From a virus (taxonomy: Duplodnaviria; Caudoviricetes): a DNA stretch of 64,000 nt. The DNA is taken from positions 1 through 64,000 of the IMG/VR virus record IMGVR_UViG_3300021411_000006. One strand, 5' to 3'. The notes under the pieces are model-generated. The model saw nothing but the letters and a program-made list of their open reading frames with translations. It was not told where the DNA came from and ran no database searches. Shown here one piece after another: positions 25,277-34,118 of the stretch. A program made the translations under genes and the position numbers. Within the stretch, counting starts at the first letter, position 1, and every line of letters begins with the position of its first letter.

Positions 25277-28200
25277 AAACTGTATGCATTATATTTTAAT
25301 TGATATTGTGCGTTCCAATCAGTAGAACTAACACTGTCAGCAGTAACTCTTATCCTTAAATCTCCTCCGCTGGCATCGACAGTCCATGTTGCTGTTGTCC
25401 AAGTCTCTCTATAATCGGGTTGTTCGTCTACAATCTGTAATACCGTTACCGTTCCGCTATCATTCTTCCAGTGAACAAACTTCTTCCCGGTCAAGCCTTT
25501 AGAATTATTACCCGTCTCTATACCTATAAGTGTCACTACCAAAACGCCTCTTGTTCCCGAAGGGGTAGATATGGTTCCTAGTGTAGTAACTGAAGTTGTA
25601 GTAGTATTTGTCGTAAAATTATCCCAAGCATCCCACCCCTTAATACTTACAACCTCGCTGGTTATATCTATACCAATACCGCCAGTATAAACAGTTCCGG
25701 TAGGGACTACCCAAGTCCCATCTTTACGCAAAAATTGTGTAGTTGTGCTTCCCCCGCTTGCTACTGGCACCAATCCTTTAGCTGAAGTTGAAAACACATC
25801 AAGTAAAGACGTTGCTTGCGTACCCGTCAACTCTTCCATATCCCCCGAACCGCCTGTAATTCTTCCCATAACCCTATTTGTAGCAGAAATGTTTTGCATT
25901 TTAGCATAAGTAACTACATCGTTATCTATTGTCCATACTGCCCCGCTACTGCTTACCGTTATATCTCCTTTGTCTCCATCGCTAACCCCACCAGACAGGC
26001 TTTCTATCTTATCCCGGACGGCGTTTTTGGTAGGAACCTCTAAAGAGCCGTTCCAGGCGGTTGCGTCATAAACCTCATCCGGGACTATAACATCAGATAA
26101 AAATGTAGCAACACCCGTAGAACCGTTTATTGTAAGGGATGCTGTCGAAGTGTTATCAATAGAAAAAATCAAATCTTTTGAATTTGTAAATACAAAGAAC
26201 TTATTAGGAAGTGATGATGCACTTGGATTGGCATAACCCATTCCGCCTGCTCTTACACTACTATTATCTAAAAAATCAAATGAAACAAATCCAGATGCGT
26301 GTAAATTTTGGAATTGCCCAATAGCTCTGGATACCTGGTTTGACTGATATAAAAATTCATACTTAGTTGAAGAGGAACCAGAAACTTGTAAGAGAAAGTC
26401 CCCAGCATCTGAAGAAGTTCCTATACGAATCTCGTCCTCGCTTGCATCTGAAAACAATATTGTTTTTGTAGCTGTGTTAATAGTTACATCGCCTGCTGAA
26501 GTGCTAAATGTATTAAAGATAGCCCCACCGTCTACCTCAATGGTTGCGCTTGCGGTTTGCCCTCCTATATATGGTGTATTGCTGAAAAAAGTTCCTGTAG
26601 CACTAATTTGTTGTGGATAATATACTCCAGCAACAGATAATAGGGTATTAGCAGTTGACGATATTACCAATGTTCCGCAACAAGCGGCAGAGATAGTCCC
26701 GATACCATTTACATTGATTGAAGTTGTTGAAAGCTCCCCTGTGGGGGGGTCATATTTAAAAGCAGCATTATTACTCAATATCCCAGCTGAATCGTAAAGC
26801 ACTCTATAAGTAGCACTACTTGAAATAGTTGTAACACCTTTGGTAAGGCTGGCTGCCGGGATATCCTGCCATGTTGGTACTGACGTTGTTCCCGTCGAAG
26901 TCCAAACCTTGCCGGAAGTTCCAAAAGCTTGCTCCTGGACATCTCCAGATCCGTCGGAGTAAAATGCTCTCCATGCTGTTTGCGAAACAAATTGGGTCAA
27001 GTTTGTAAAGCCTCCGCCACCAGTGGCAGTAAGAACCCCAGCTGTTAAATCCAGGCCTGACCCAATAGTTATATAAGCTACCTTTCCCTGGTCAGTACCG
27101 CCTTGCTTCCAGGCCAGCAAAGTGTTTTCATTCGTGCCAGTCCTTACAGAGTCTATCCATAATTTACCCAAGAAAGGCTTTATTCCTAACGAGTCCCCCC
27201 AAATTTCAATAGACGATGTAGGCGCGCCGGAAGCGGTAGCGTGTTGGTTTCCTAAATGCAAAACGCCACTTCCGAACTGAATTATTTGATTATAATTACT
27301 ATCAACGTTCTGGAAGTATGGGTTTAGTGCTGCCCACCAAATTTCTGAAAAAAGGAACCCACCATTTGATTCTTGATACGAATTAAAATTAGTCGGGCGA
27401 ATCCTCACGTAACTATTCGTTGCAGAGTTTGTAACGTCAAGGTTAAAACCAGCCTGGGCAATAGTTGTATTTACTGTAAGTGTACCGCCGAGTTTTATGC
27501 CGATCTGGTTTGTAGTCGCGCTATCTGGGGTAAGACCGTTGGTTGCGGTAAATGTTTTAATGTTATTGGTGTTCGGTATAACCCACCTGTATCCTGAACC
27601 TACGTTGGAGTTATAGTAAGATCCCAGCGTTTCTATTTTATCCCTTATGGCATCTTTTGTGGGCACTTCATTATTTCCATTCCAGGTGGTTGCGTTATAG
27701 GCATCAGCCGGTACAGTTACATCACCGGTAAATAATCCTTCGCCTACAACATCGAGTGCAACGGTAGGGGTTTGGTTATTGATTCCAAACTTCATTGTTA
27801 ATGCTCCGTTCTTGATATAGGAAAGGTTTGAACCGTCTTCTATTGTAAGTGCAGTACCATTATTTGAACCCGATATGTCCCCTATTGCGTACTGGTTACT
27901 TGGTTTATCTATAGAAAAATAAGTGTCCCCTCCGTTTTTTAACCTGAAATAATACGAGCCTAAGCCAAAAATAGTTGTGTTCTGTAAAAATGTTCCGCCC
28001 AAAGCGATGTCGTTTACGGTCTTGGTAAGACCATTTGATGCGGTCACCGCGCTTCCGCCACTGACATAAGTCATCGTCGGGATAGCATACCTTATTAATG
28101 CCCCATGAAGGTTAGCTGATCCACCTGGGCTAAGTGTATCGTAATAGTTATTGATAAAGAGCCTGGACCCGTCCGTAACGATTTCATTAGGCTGGTCAAA

Positions 28201-29451
28201 AAGAGTGTCTAATAGGAATTTATACTGCTCGTTTGTCTCCGGGTTTAACCGAAGGATAGTCCCCTGGGGATGACTATTGAAACACGCCCATATATAGCTG
28301 CCATAAAAAAAAGTCCCAAAAGAGCCGGTTGCTGTTATGCCGGTCGTTATAATCGTTTCTGACAAGTCGGCTTTTTTGACTTTTGCTAGTGTAGTATTTG
28401 ACTCATTCGCTATCCACAAATAATCTCCGGCAATGGCAAAATCGTCCGTAGTTGTACTGTTGGTTAAAGTTGCTGAGACGACAACAGTTAAAGTCGCGGG
28501 GTCGATTTTATAAACCTTTTTCGTGCCTGACCGGGCTGTTACATATAGATACGTACCATCATACCTTATCGCGTGCATGAAGTTACTCCCGGAAATATAG
28601 GCGGATGTTCTTACATAGGTCGTTAGATTAATCTTGTGAACTCGTCCGGGGTTCCCCCCGTCGACCAAGTACAAAGTATTTATACCATCGGTACACAGGC
28701 TTTGAATTTCGTTGTAATCGGTCTGTATAGTATCAATGATGGTTTGCGCCATTGTCACCGGGTCTATCTCTATCACATAGCTTTCACCAAGACCGTTACC
28801 CTCGTTATTCGCGACTGTGTAGACCTTATCCTTACCGTTTACATATACAATATCACGAGCATCCTGATAGTCGGAAGAGTCGGGGTCGTAAGCAGAGGCA
28901 TCTAGTGTTATTGTATCAATATCAGCTAAGTCATCCGGGTTATTGAACCTGTAAACGTGAGGGGGACTCCACATATCAGAACCCCATATCTTTCCTTTTG
29001 CATAAATCAAACCGTGTATTGTAGCATACGGACGAGGTGTTCTAATAATCTGTTTGTTGTCATCATGGTAAACCAACCCCAAAGATTGAGCTTGGGCATT
29101 ATTATTCCTTCTCCAATCGCTTATCCAGGATTGGCTAACCGAATCGGCGGAGCTTGCACTTCCCAGCGATAATTCGGACCAGTCACTGTTTGTTATTCCA
29201 CCAGCCAGGCTGTAGATCTTCAAACTGTCAGTAACATATACCCACATGCCGACCTTTCTCCGAAGGCTGGTGATCGCGTTCCTTTCCACGATTGTCGATA
29301 CAACCCGGAAACCACCGCGCTGCAAACTGTCGAGATGAGTCGGGTATGATGCAACCCCGATAGTATTCAGGTGGTCAGCTATTACCACCCCTGGCTGCGA
29401 AAAAGCAACTCCAGAAACAAGTAAAAATATAGCGAGAAGTATCTTTTTCAT
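25273..29451 (-). CDS. large fibre/receptor-binding protein (1392 aa) with Sec signal peptide and beta-propeller
   Basis: MKKILLAIFLLVSGVAFS/Q; GGFRVV...ERNAI..RRKVGMWVYV virion-decoration motif; YVTN-like blades; fibre repeats. Confidence 0.85.
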   Translation of the reverse strand: MKKILLAIFLLVSGVAFSQPGVVIADHLNTIGVASYPTHLDSLQRGGFRVVSTIVERNAITSLRRKVGMWVYVTDSLKIYSLAGGITNSDWSELSLGSASSADSVSQSWISDWRRNNNAQAQSLGLVYHDDNKQIIRTPRPYATIHGLIYAKGKIWGSDMWSPPHVYRFNNPDDLADIDTITLDASAYDPDSSDYQDARDIVYVNGKDKVYTVANNEGNGLGESYVIEIDPVTMAQTIIDTIQTDYNEIQSLCTDGINTLYLVDGGNPGRVHKINLTTYVRTSAYISGSNFMHAIRYDGTYLYVTARSGTKKVYKIDPATLTVVVSATLTNSTTTDDFAIAGDYLWIANESNTTLAKVKKADLSETIITTGITATGSFGTFFYGSYIWACFNSHPQGTILRLNPETNEQYKFLLDTLFDQPNEIVTDGSRLFINNYYDTLSPGGSANLHGALIRYAIPTMTYVSGGSAVTASNGLTKTVNDIALGGTFLQNTTIFGLGSYYFRLKNGGDTYFSIDKPSNQYAIGDISGSNNGTALTIEDGSNLSYIKNGALTMKFGINNQTPTVALDVVGEGLFTGDVTVPADAYNATTWNGNNEVPTKDAIRDKIETLGSYYNSNVGSGYRWVIPNTNNIKTFTATNGLTPDSATTNQIGIKLGGTLTVNTTIAQAGFNLDVTNSATNSYVRIRPTNFNSYQESNGGFLFSEIWWAALNPYFQNVDSNYNQIIQFGSGVLHLGNQHATASGAPTSSIEIWGDSLGIKPFLGKLWIDSVRTGTNENTLLAWKQGGTDQGKVAYITIGSGLDLTAGVLTATGGGGFTNLTQFVSQTAWRAFYSDGSGDVQEQAFGTSGKVWTSTGTTSVPTWQDIPAASLTKGVTTISSSATYRVLYDSAGILSNNAAFKYDPPTGELSTTSINVNGIGTISAACCGTLVISSTANTLLSVAGVYYPQQISATGTFFSNTPYIGGQTASATIEVDGGAIFNTFSTSAGDVTINTATKTILFSDASEDEIRIGTSSDAGDFLLQVSGSSSTKYEFLYQSNQVSRAIGQFQNLHASGFVSFDFLDNSSVRAGGMGYANPSASSLPNKFFVFTNSKDLIFSIDNTSTASLTINGSTGVATFLSDVIVPDEVYDATAWNGSLEVPTKNAVRDKIESLSGGVSDGDKGDITVSSSGAVWTIDNDVVTYAKMQNISATNRVMGRITGGSGDMEELTGTQATSLLDVFSTSAKGLVPVASGGSTTTQFLRKDGTWVVPTGTVYTGGIGIDITSEVVSIKGWDAWDNFTTNTTTTSVTTLGTISTPSGTRGVLVVTLIGIETGNNSKGLTGKKFVHWKNDSGTVTVLQIVDEQPDYRETWTTATWTVDASGGDLRIRVTADSVSSTDWNAQYQLKYNAYSL

Positions 29452-30515
29452 TAGTTGACAGAATTACAGTTGACTGTAACGCTTGCGAACACATTATTAG
29501 AAGTGTAGATAAGATAGTTTTGGACATACCCCGAAGCATTCGTAACGGATACGGTCGATGATGTAAACGCCCCTATGCTTTCAATTCCAGAGATTACAAT
29601 ACTGGTCAATGCCCCGTAAGAGCTGGGGTAAGCATAAAAAATATATTTATCTGATCCTGACACTACAATACTGAATGTTGACTTTGCTTTTGAGGTAGTC
29701 AGCTCCCCACCTCCACCAGCGGCGGAAACGATGTCAGCGCTTACAGGTGGGTTAGTTGTTGTATATCCCCAGTACCGCTTAGGATAAAAGGTGAAGGCAA
29801 CCGAGGAAGATGCTGTCTTTGCGTCGCTCGTCGTTACCAGGTTTGTAAAAGAAGTATTAGTATTCCTGGTAACGCTGGTAGATTTTGTTCCCGATACGGT
29901 GCCAGGGGCAGCGGGCTGAGAGAACGACTGGTTTACGCCATCGACATTAATAGTTGATAGCGTGGCGGTCGATGCCTGTCTCCCGCCAGTCCAGTTTAAA
30001 GTAACGGATAACGCAGCGCCCGCACTCATAAGCTCTAAATCAAAAGCCGTGGCAGTCGATGCACTATAGGTTGCGGTAAGCGCCGAGGTTGGTACCTGAC
30101 TGGGATAAAGAAGCGCTTCTATTGTCGAGTTTAACGTAATGGTCCCCAGGTTTACTCCAGTTACAGCAGTGAAATCTCTCGTTATGGGTCTATTACCGTC
30201 GAATGATGTAGATCCTGAACCTGACCATCTTGTTTTTTGTCGAACATATATTGCGCTGTCTTTAATCTGATAAACAAACATCCCTTGCCTGGGAGCAACC
30301 ACATTCGCCGTATCCTGTACGCGTGGCAACCACAAAGCCTTTGTAGTCGCACTATCTCCAAGCTGGAGATGGACTGAAGTATTGGGGACCGTTGCAGCGG
30401 GTATGCCGATACCCATCCGACCGACCCAGGTGGAATAACCATCACGGTTAATGTACTGGGCCTGCGATCCTATCGCAGCAAACAACACTAAAAGTAATAT
30501 GAGTATCTTTTTCAT
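29451..30515 (-). CDS. fibre/decoration protein with Sec signal peptide
   Basis: ATG at 30515, MKKILILLLVLFAAIGSQA/Q; MGIG..P..S..L.L....KALWLPR...GMFVY motif; C-terminal YIFYAYPSSYG.L...VTNASG..Y.IY.SNN domain. Confidence 0.85.
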   Translation of the reverse strand: MKKILILLLVLFAAIGSQAQYINRDGYSTWVGRMGIGIPAATVPNTSVHLQLGDSATTKALWLPRVQDTANVVAPRQGMFVYQIKDSAIYVRQKTRWSGSGSTSFDGNRPITRDFTAVTGVNLGTITLNSTIEALLYPSQVPTSALTATYSASTATAFDLELMSAGAALSVTLNWTGGRQASTATLSTINVDGVNQSFSQPAAPGTVSGTKSTSVTRNTNTSFTNLVTTSDAKTASSSVAFTFYPKRYWGYTTTNPPVSADIVSAAGGGGELTTSKAKSTFSIVVSGSDKYIFYAYPSSYGALTSIVISGIESIGAFTSSTVSVTNASGYVQNYLIYTSNNVFASVTVNCNSVN

Positions 30516-31693
30516 TATACTGTATATTCTATTCGTAACCATTGGTCGGTAAACATTGTGCCTCCGTACTTGAACTTCCTGGGAGCGCTGCCGGTAACCA
30601 CGATAAATTTTCCTGTCGCTGGTGTGTCACCATCAGCGCCACTTGAAAACTGCCGGAGTATTCCGTCCATCCATATATTTGAAATGACCGCACCGTTAAG
30701 CGCGACCAGTGTTACTTCGGTAACATCAGCAGAAAGGGTATAATTATAAAATAGGCTCGTCCCGCCGCCGCCAGTATAAGCACTGAGATCGTATGGGCTT
30801 ATAACAGCGCCGCGGTCAACATCGTGAGCGCAGTGGGTAATGTTTAAGATCTCTTCCAGCAAATCTTCAGCGTCATCAGCATCGCCGATTCGAAGTTTAT
30901 GTATAAGGTGGTCATACCTGGCAGTCGCTTTCTGATATTCGCATTCCAGTGGTCCGCAGGGAGTGCAAACCTGGGCAGCGTCGAGAGCCGCTTTTTGATC
31001 GTTCAGACAGTGGATGATATCATTAACAGTCGGCGGGGTGTCGGCAGTTGTTGCTATTGAGTCGCTGTAGCGGTCAACCAGGGTAAGGAAAGTATAAGTT
31101 GGATGGCTGTAGGAAACGTCACGCTGGTAAGTGATCGCGTACTCGCTATCGTAGTAATTCCCTAAATGTACCAGGTCAAAATCGTCAGCGCTTCCATTCA
31201 GTGTCACCGGAGTACCCATACCGGCACCGATACCAAAATCTGCCTGCCATGCCACAGTATTACTATTCAGCGTCCACCCAGCTTGGGCAAAATTGGTGTT
31301 GTCCCGGTAAAAGAGCGAAGGCGTGAATACGTCAAAATCTTCCTCCAGGTCCAGCGTCTTCCGGGTATAAGACAGAGTGAAAGTTTTTGTTATTGTTGTA
31401 GGCGTGTAATCGGGATGATCGATCTCGTAAGTAATTACATAGTCCCCGCACTGTGGATTACCAACGCTGTTGAGCCGCAAGGCCTGGCTATGTGGCTGTA
31501 ATGCTCCGGAGCTATAAACGATGTCAGTAAAATCTCCGGCGATCTGTACGCCGTCAGGTTGTAGCACAGTAATCTTTCCCACCAGTGAGGCACTAACTCC
31601 GACTGGGTAGTTATCGGGATCAGTGAGAATTATCTGGTTGGTTACATAATTTAATGCAACGTTTAATGCCTGGTATGCTGAAAGATCTGCCAT
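30515..31693 (-). CDS. virion structural protein (no signal peptide); possible fibre adaptor
   Basis: 392 aa, beta-rich, CTPC motif; between capsid genes and fibre cluster. Confidence 0.7.
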   Translation of the reverse strand: MADLSAYQALNVALNYVTNQIILTDPDNYPVGVSASLVGKITVLQPDGVQIAGDFTDIVYSSGALQPHSQALRLNSVGNPQCGDYVITYEIDHPDYTPTTITKTFTLSYTRKTLDLEEDFDVFTPSLFYRDNTNFAQAGWTLNSNTVAWQADFGIGAGMGTPVTLNGSADDFDLVHLGNYYDSEYAITYQRDVSYSHPTYTFLTLVDRYSDSIATTADTPPTVNDIIHCLNDQKAALDAAQVCTPCGPLECEYQKATARYDHLIHKLRIGDADDAEDLLEEILNITHCAHDVDRGAVISPYDLSAYTGGGGTSLFYNYTLSADVTEVTLVALNGAVISNIWMDGILRQFSSGADGDTPATGKFIVVTGSAPRKFKYGGTMFTDQWLRIEYTV

Positions 31694-31712
31694 CTGCTTT
31701 TGGTATTAAAGA

Positions 31713-31736
31713 GGGGTGGCGCATAAACGCCTCCCC
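31713..31736 (-). terminator. weak hairpin/terminator after the capsid-associated gene
   Basis: GGGGAGGCG/CGCCACCCC with one mismatch, then TCTTT. Confidence 0.45.
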
Positions 31737-31767
31737 GTTCTGATTAACCTAAACAAACAGGTTGTGC

Positions 31768-32655
31768 TTATTCGGGCGTGTCAGACTTTCCTTTTGTAGC
31801 AGTAACAATCGCCGCTGATACCTTTTTTCGTATCGCAGTCACGATAGTCCCGCCGTTTTTACTCGTTGCCAAATATTCGTTAAGCGTTTCCAGGTAATCT
31901 TTTCCTTCCACCCGGTCCAGTGACGCGATGACCGTTCCACTTTCTCCCCACTTTACCTGGTGTTTTGCAGGGTCGTAGGCTATTACACCTTTATCAAAGG
32001 CAAGCCTCAACTCAGCCTTATTTTTGGTTTCCGCATTACTGATCCGTTCAATAAATTCAGCCGGGCTCTTCATTGCGTAATCCCCGATCTTATCTCTTAA
32101 AACCTGGATATCGTCAGCGCTGTCCCAGTTAAGGGAGGCAGCTACCATCCGGATATCTTCGGCCTTCATGTCTTCATGTAATACAAGTGCGTCGCGCAGA
32201 ACGGATCTCTTTTTGGTTCTTTCCTTTGCCTCGGCTCCGGGATCGACCAGGCGGATCAGTTTTGTAGTATTAACATCCGCGTTTGGATTGGAGGTGTTGT
32301 AGTTGCAAATAGAAAAAAACTGGTGCCATTGCATCTCTTCAATACTGTCGCCGTGTAAGTCAAAGCGGGCTCCTACAGAACCATTAGCGCCGCCGCCATC
32401 GACAACAAATTTTTGGCACTTCTTTACCTTGTCGCCTTCGACAATCTTGGGTAGACCGATATCGATAAAGTTTTTACCATCTTTGATCCTGTCTCTTCCG
32501 CGCAGGCTGCGGGCAGCGCCATAAAGAGGCCTGTCAGTTAAATGATCCTTATCAAAAATTAACCATTCGTAGGTAACAACCTGTCCCGGTTCAAGTACCG
32601 GCAGTTTTGATTTAAGACCTTCAGAGAGGTCATTGAATTTTCCAATCTTTTCCAT
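31768..32655 (-). CDS. capsid-associated/structural protein downstream of MCP
   Basis: 295 aa; DYAMKSPAEFI...ELRLAFDKGVI pattern recalled from post-MCP genes of Bacteroidota podoviruses. Confidence 0.65.
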   Translation of the reverse strand: MEKIGKFNDLSEGLKSKLPVLEPGQVVTYEWLIFDKDHLTDRPLYGAARSLRGRDRIKDGKNFIDIGLPKIVEGDKVKKCQKFVVDGGGANGSVGARFDLHGDSIEEMQWHQFFSICNYNTSNPNADVNTTKLIRLVDPGAEAKERTKKRSVLRDALVLHEDMKAEDIRMVAASLNWDSADDIQVLRDKIGDYAMKSPAEFIERISNAETKNKAELRLAFDKGVIAYDPAKHQVKWGESGTVIASLDRVEGKDYLETLNEYLATSKNGGTIVTAIRKKVSAAIVTATKGKSDTPE

Positions 32656-32682
32656 GTTGTTTAAGTTTATTAGTTAATCAGA

Positions 32683-32712
32683 AAAAGAGTGATCGTTTCC
32701 GATCACTCTTTT
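32683..32712 (-). terminator. intrinsic terminator after MCP
   Basis: 13-bp stem AAAAGAGTGATCG/CGATCACTCTTTT with GAAA loop on the - strand. Confidence 0.9.
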
Positions 32713-32727
32713 ATTTTGCTTGGAAGC

Positions 32728-34062
32728 TTAGGAATTGACTTTCAGCCTGCCGAACTGCTCGGCACCCAGGACCTCGGGGGCCTGGTAGGTAAGCCAGTTG
32801 CACACCCAGTTTGCGGTTTCTCCACTTGGAGTAACCGGGGAGGCAGCGCCGCTATGGAACTCAGCCCATATATCGTTGCCCTGGTTGGTTTGGCTATTGG
32901 CAATCGGGTGCTTCATGTAACGCATGCCGATACGGTTTTCAAACCCGGCAGCGCTATCAGTAGCGGATTGCGCTTTTACCTTACCTGTAGGAATGAAGTA
33001 CAGGTACTTCTTAATATCGGCTGCGATCAGCTCAGGATGATCCAGGATAGGCAAACGCATTTTCTGGAACGTACCGTTACTGTATTCGACCTTTTGGACG
33101 TTAAAGTTTAACTCCTTACCGTCTACGTTCAGCATTGCTGAAGTAACGCCGGAGCTGTTAACGCCTTTCCAGTAGTCGTCCCACCGGCGAGAAGCAGCGG
33201 TTGAACCGGCAACCATGAAATCAAGATCTGACTTCTTAGCTACCATTAGGTCAACAAACTGGCCCAGGTCATCGGCATCAAATACGCCGAGTACGTCAAC
33301 CGCATCGTCAACACCGAGTGAAGAGATGTATTGGTCGAGGCCACGGCAAAACTGCATGTTACCGCCGCCCTGGGGATCAAGGATCGCAGAAGTGGCGGAA
33401 GTAAATACGCTCACGGAAATCTTGCCCTGAATACAGGCGGCGTTAACTTCCGCTTTGTGTTTCAGATATTTTTCAATAAGATCCTTCTGGTAGAAATAAT
33501 TCTTACCATCCCAAGAAACTTCGGTCGTGGTCATCCTATTCAGGTCTGACTCGATGTTTGTTTCGCGGAAAATCTGGATCAGGTTATATTGCTTGGTGAG
33601 ATCCCGGCGCTGGTTGCTCCTGCTGATTGAGCTTTCACCAACGGCATTGGCAAAGAATACGATGTTTTGGCCAGTGGTGTGTACCAGGTTACCGCCGTCC
33701 ACCGATTTAAAGGTTACGTTGTCGCTTGATCCGGGTGTAATTGCGGATACATAGCCTACGCTACCATCGGTAAAGCGTACCTCGTCGTTAAGCCTGGCAT
33801 TACCGGATGTACCGGTCGTCAGGTCAACTACAACAGTTGCTGTTCCTGAGCCGGTAACTGAACCGGTTGAAACACCAACTACCCACAGGGGTTTGTTTAC
33901 ATAGTTATGGAATATTGTTTGGGTGGAAGGACGGTAACGCCCGAAAGCGCCCATAAGATCGGTCAGGCCGATTGTGTTTTGGATGTCAACCACTTTTGGG
34001 AGGATCTCCCTTGTGTCGAGTAAAGCAATGGCGGACACATACGCCTTATTATTTTCAGCCAT
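32728..34062 (-). CDS. major capsid protein
   Basis: 444 aa after the scaffold, followed by a strong terminator; YNLIQIFRE..., GLDQYI HK97-like pattern. Confidence 0.85.
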   Translation of the reverse strand: MAENNKAYVSAIALLDTREILPKVVDIQNTIGLTDLMGAFGRYRPSTQTIFHNYVNKPLWVVGVSTGSVTGSGTATVVVDLTTGTSGNARLNDEVRFTDGSVGYVSAITPGSSDNVTFKSVDGGNLVHTTGQNIVFFANAVGESSISRSNQRRDLTKQYNLIQIFRETNIESDLNRMTTTEVSWDGKNYFYQKDLIEKYLKHKAEVNAACIQGKISVSVFTSATSAILDPQGGGNMQFCRGLDQYISSLGVDDAVDVLGVFDADDLGQFVDLMVAKKSDLDFMVAGSTAASRRWDDYWKGVNSSGVTSAMLNVDGKELNFNVQKVEYSNGTFQKMRLPILDHPELIAADIKKYLYFIPTGKVKAQSATDSAAGFENRIGMRYMKHPIANSQTNQGNDIWAEFHSGAASPVTPSGETANWVCNWLTYQAPEVLGAEQFGRLKVNS

Positions 34063-34067
34063 GTTGG

Positions 34068-34078
34068 GTACGGATTAA
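34068..34078 (-). promoter_or_regulatory. late-gene start-proximal motif TTAATCCGTAC (MCP copy)
   Basis: Exact copy, 5 nt before ATG. Confidence 0.6.
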
Positions 34079-34118
34079 AAACGGGTAATGAGAATAGGGT
34101 TACTAAGTAACCAGGGGA

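Noticed and set aside
23590-30515. Type IX secretion C-terminal domains on the exported fibres
   Set aside because: The C-termini (VNCNSVN, KYNAYSL, KIRLAN, MNKEGQ) do not show the T9SS CTD pattern by eye
23355-31693. Diversity-generating retroelement acting on the fibre genes
   Set aside because: No reverse transcriptase ORF in the window; the duplicated motif in the 1392 aa gene differs at many non-adenine positions, so it is not a TR/VR pair
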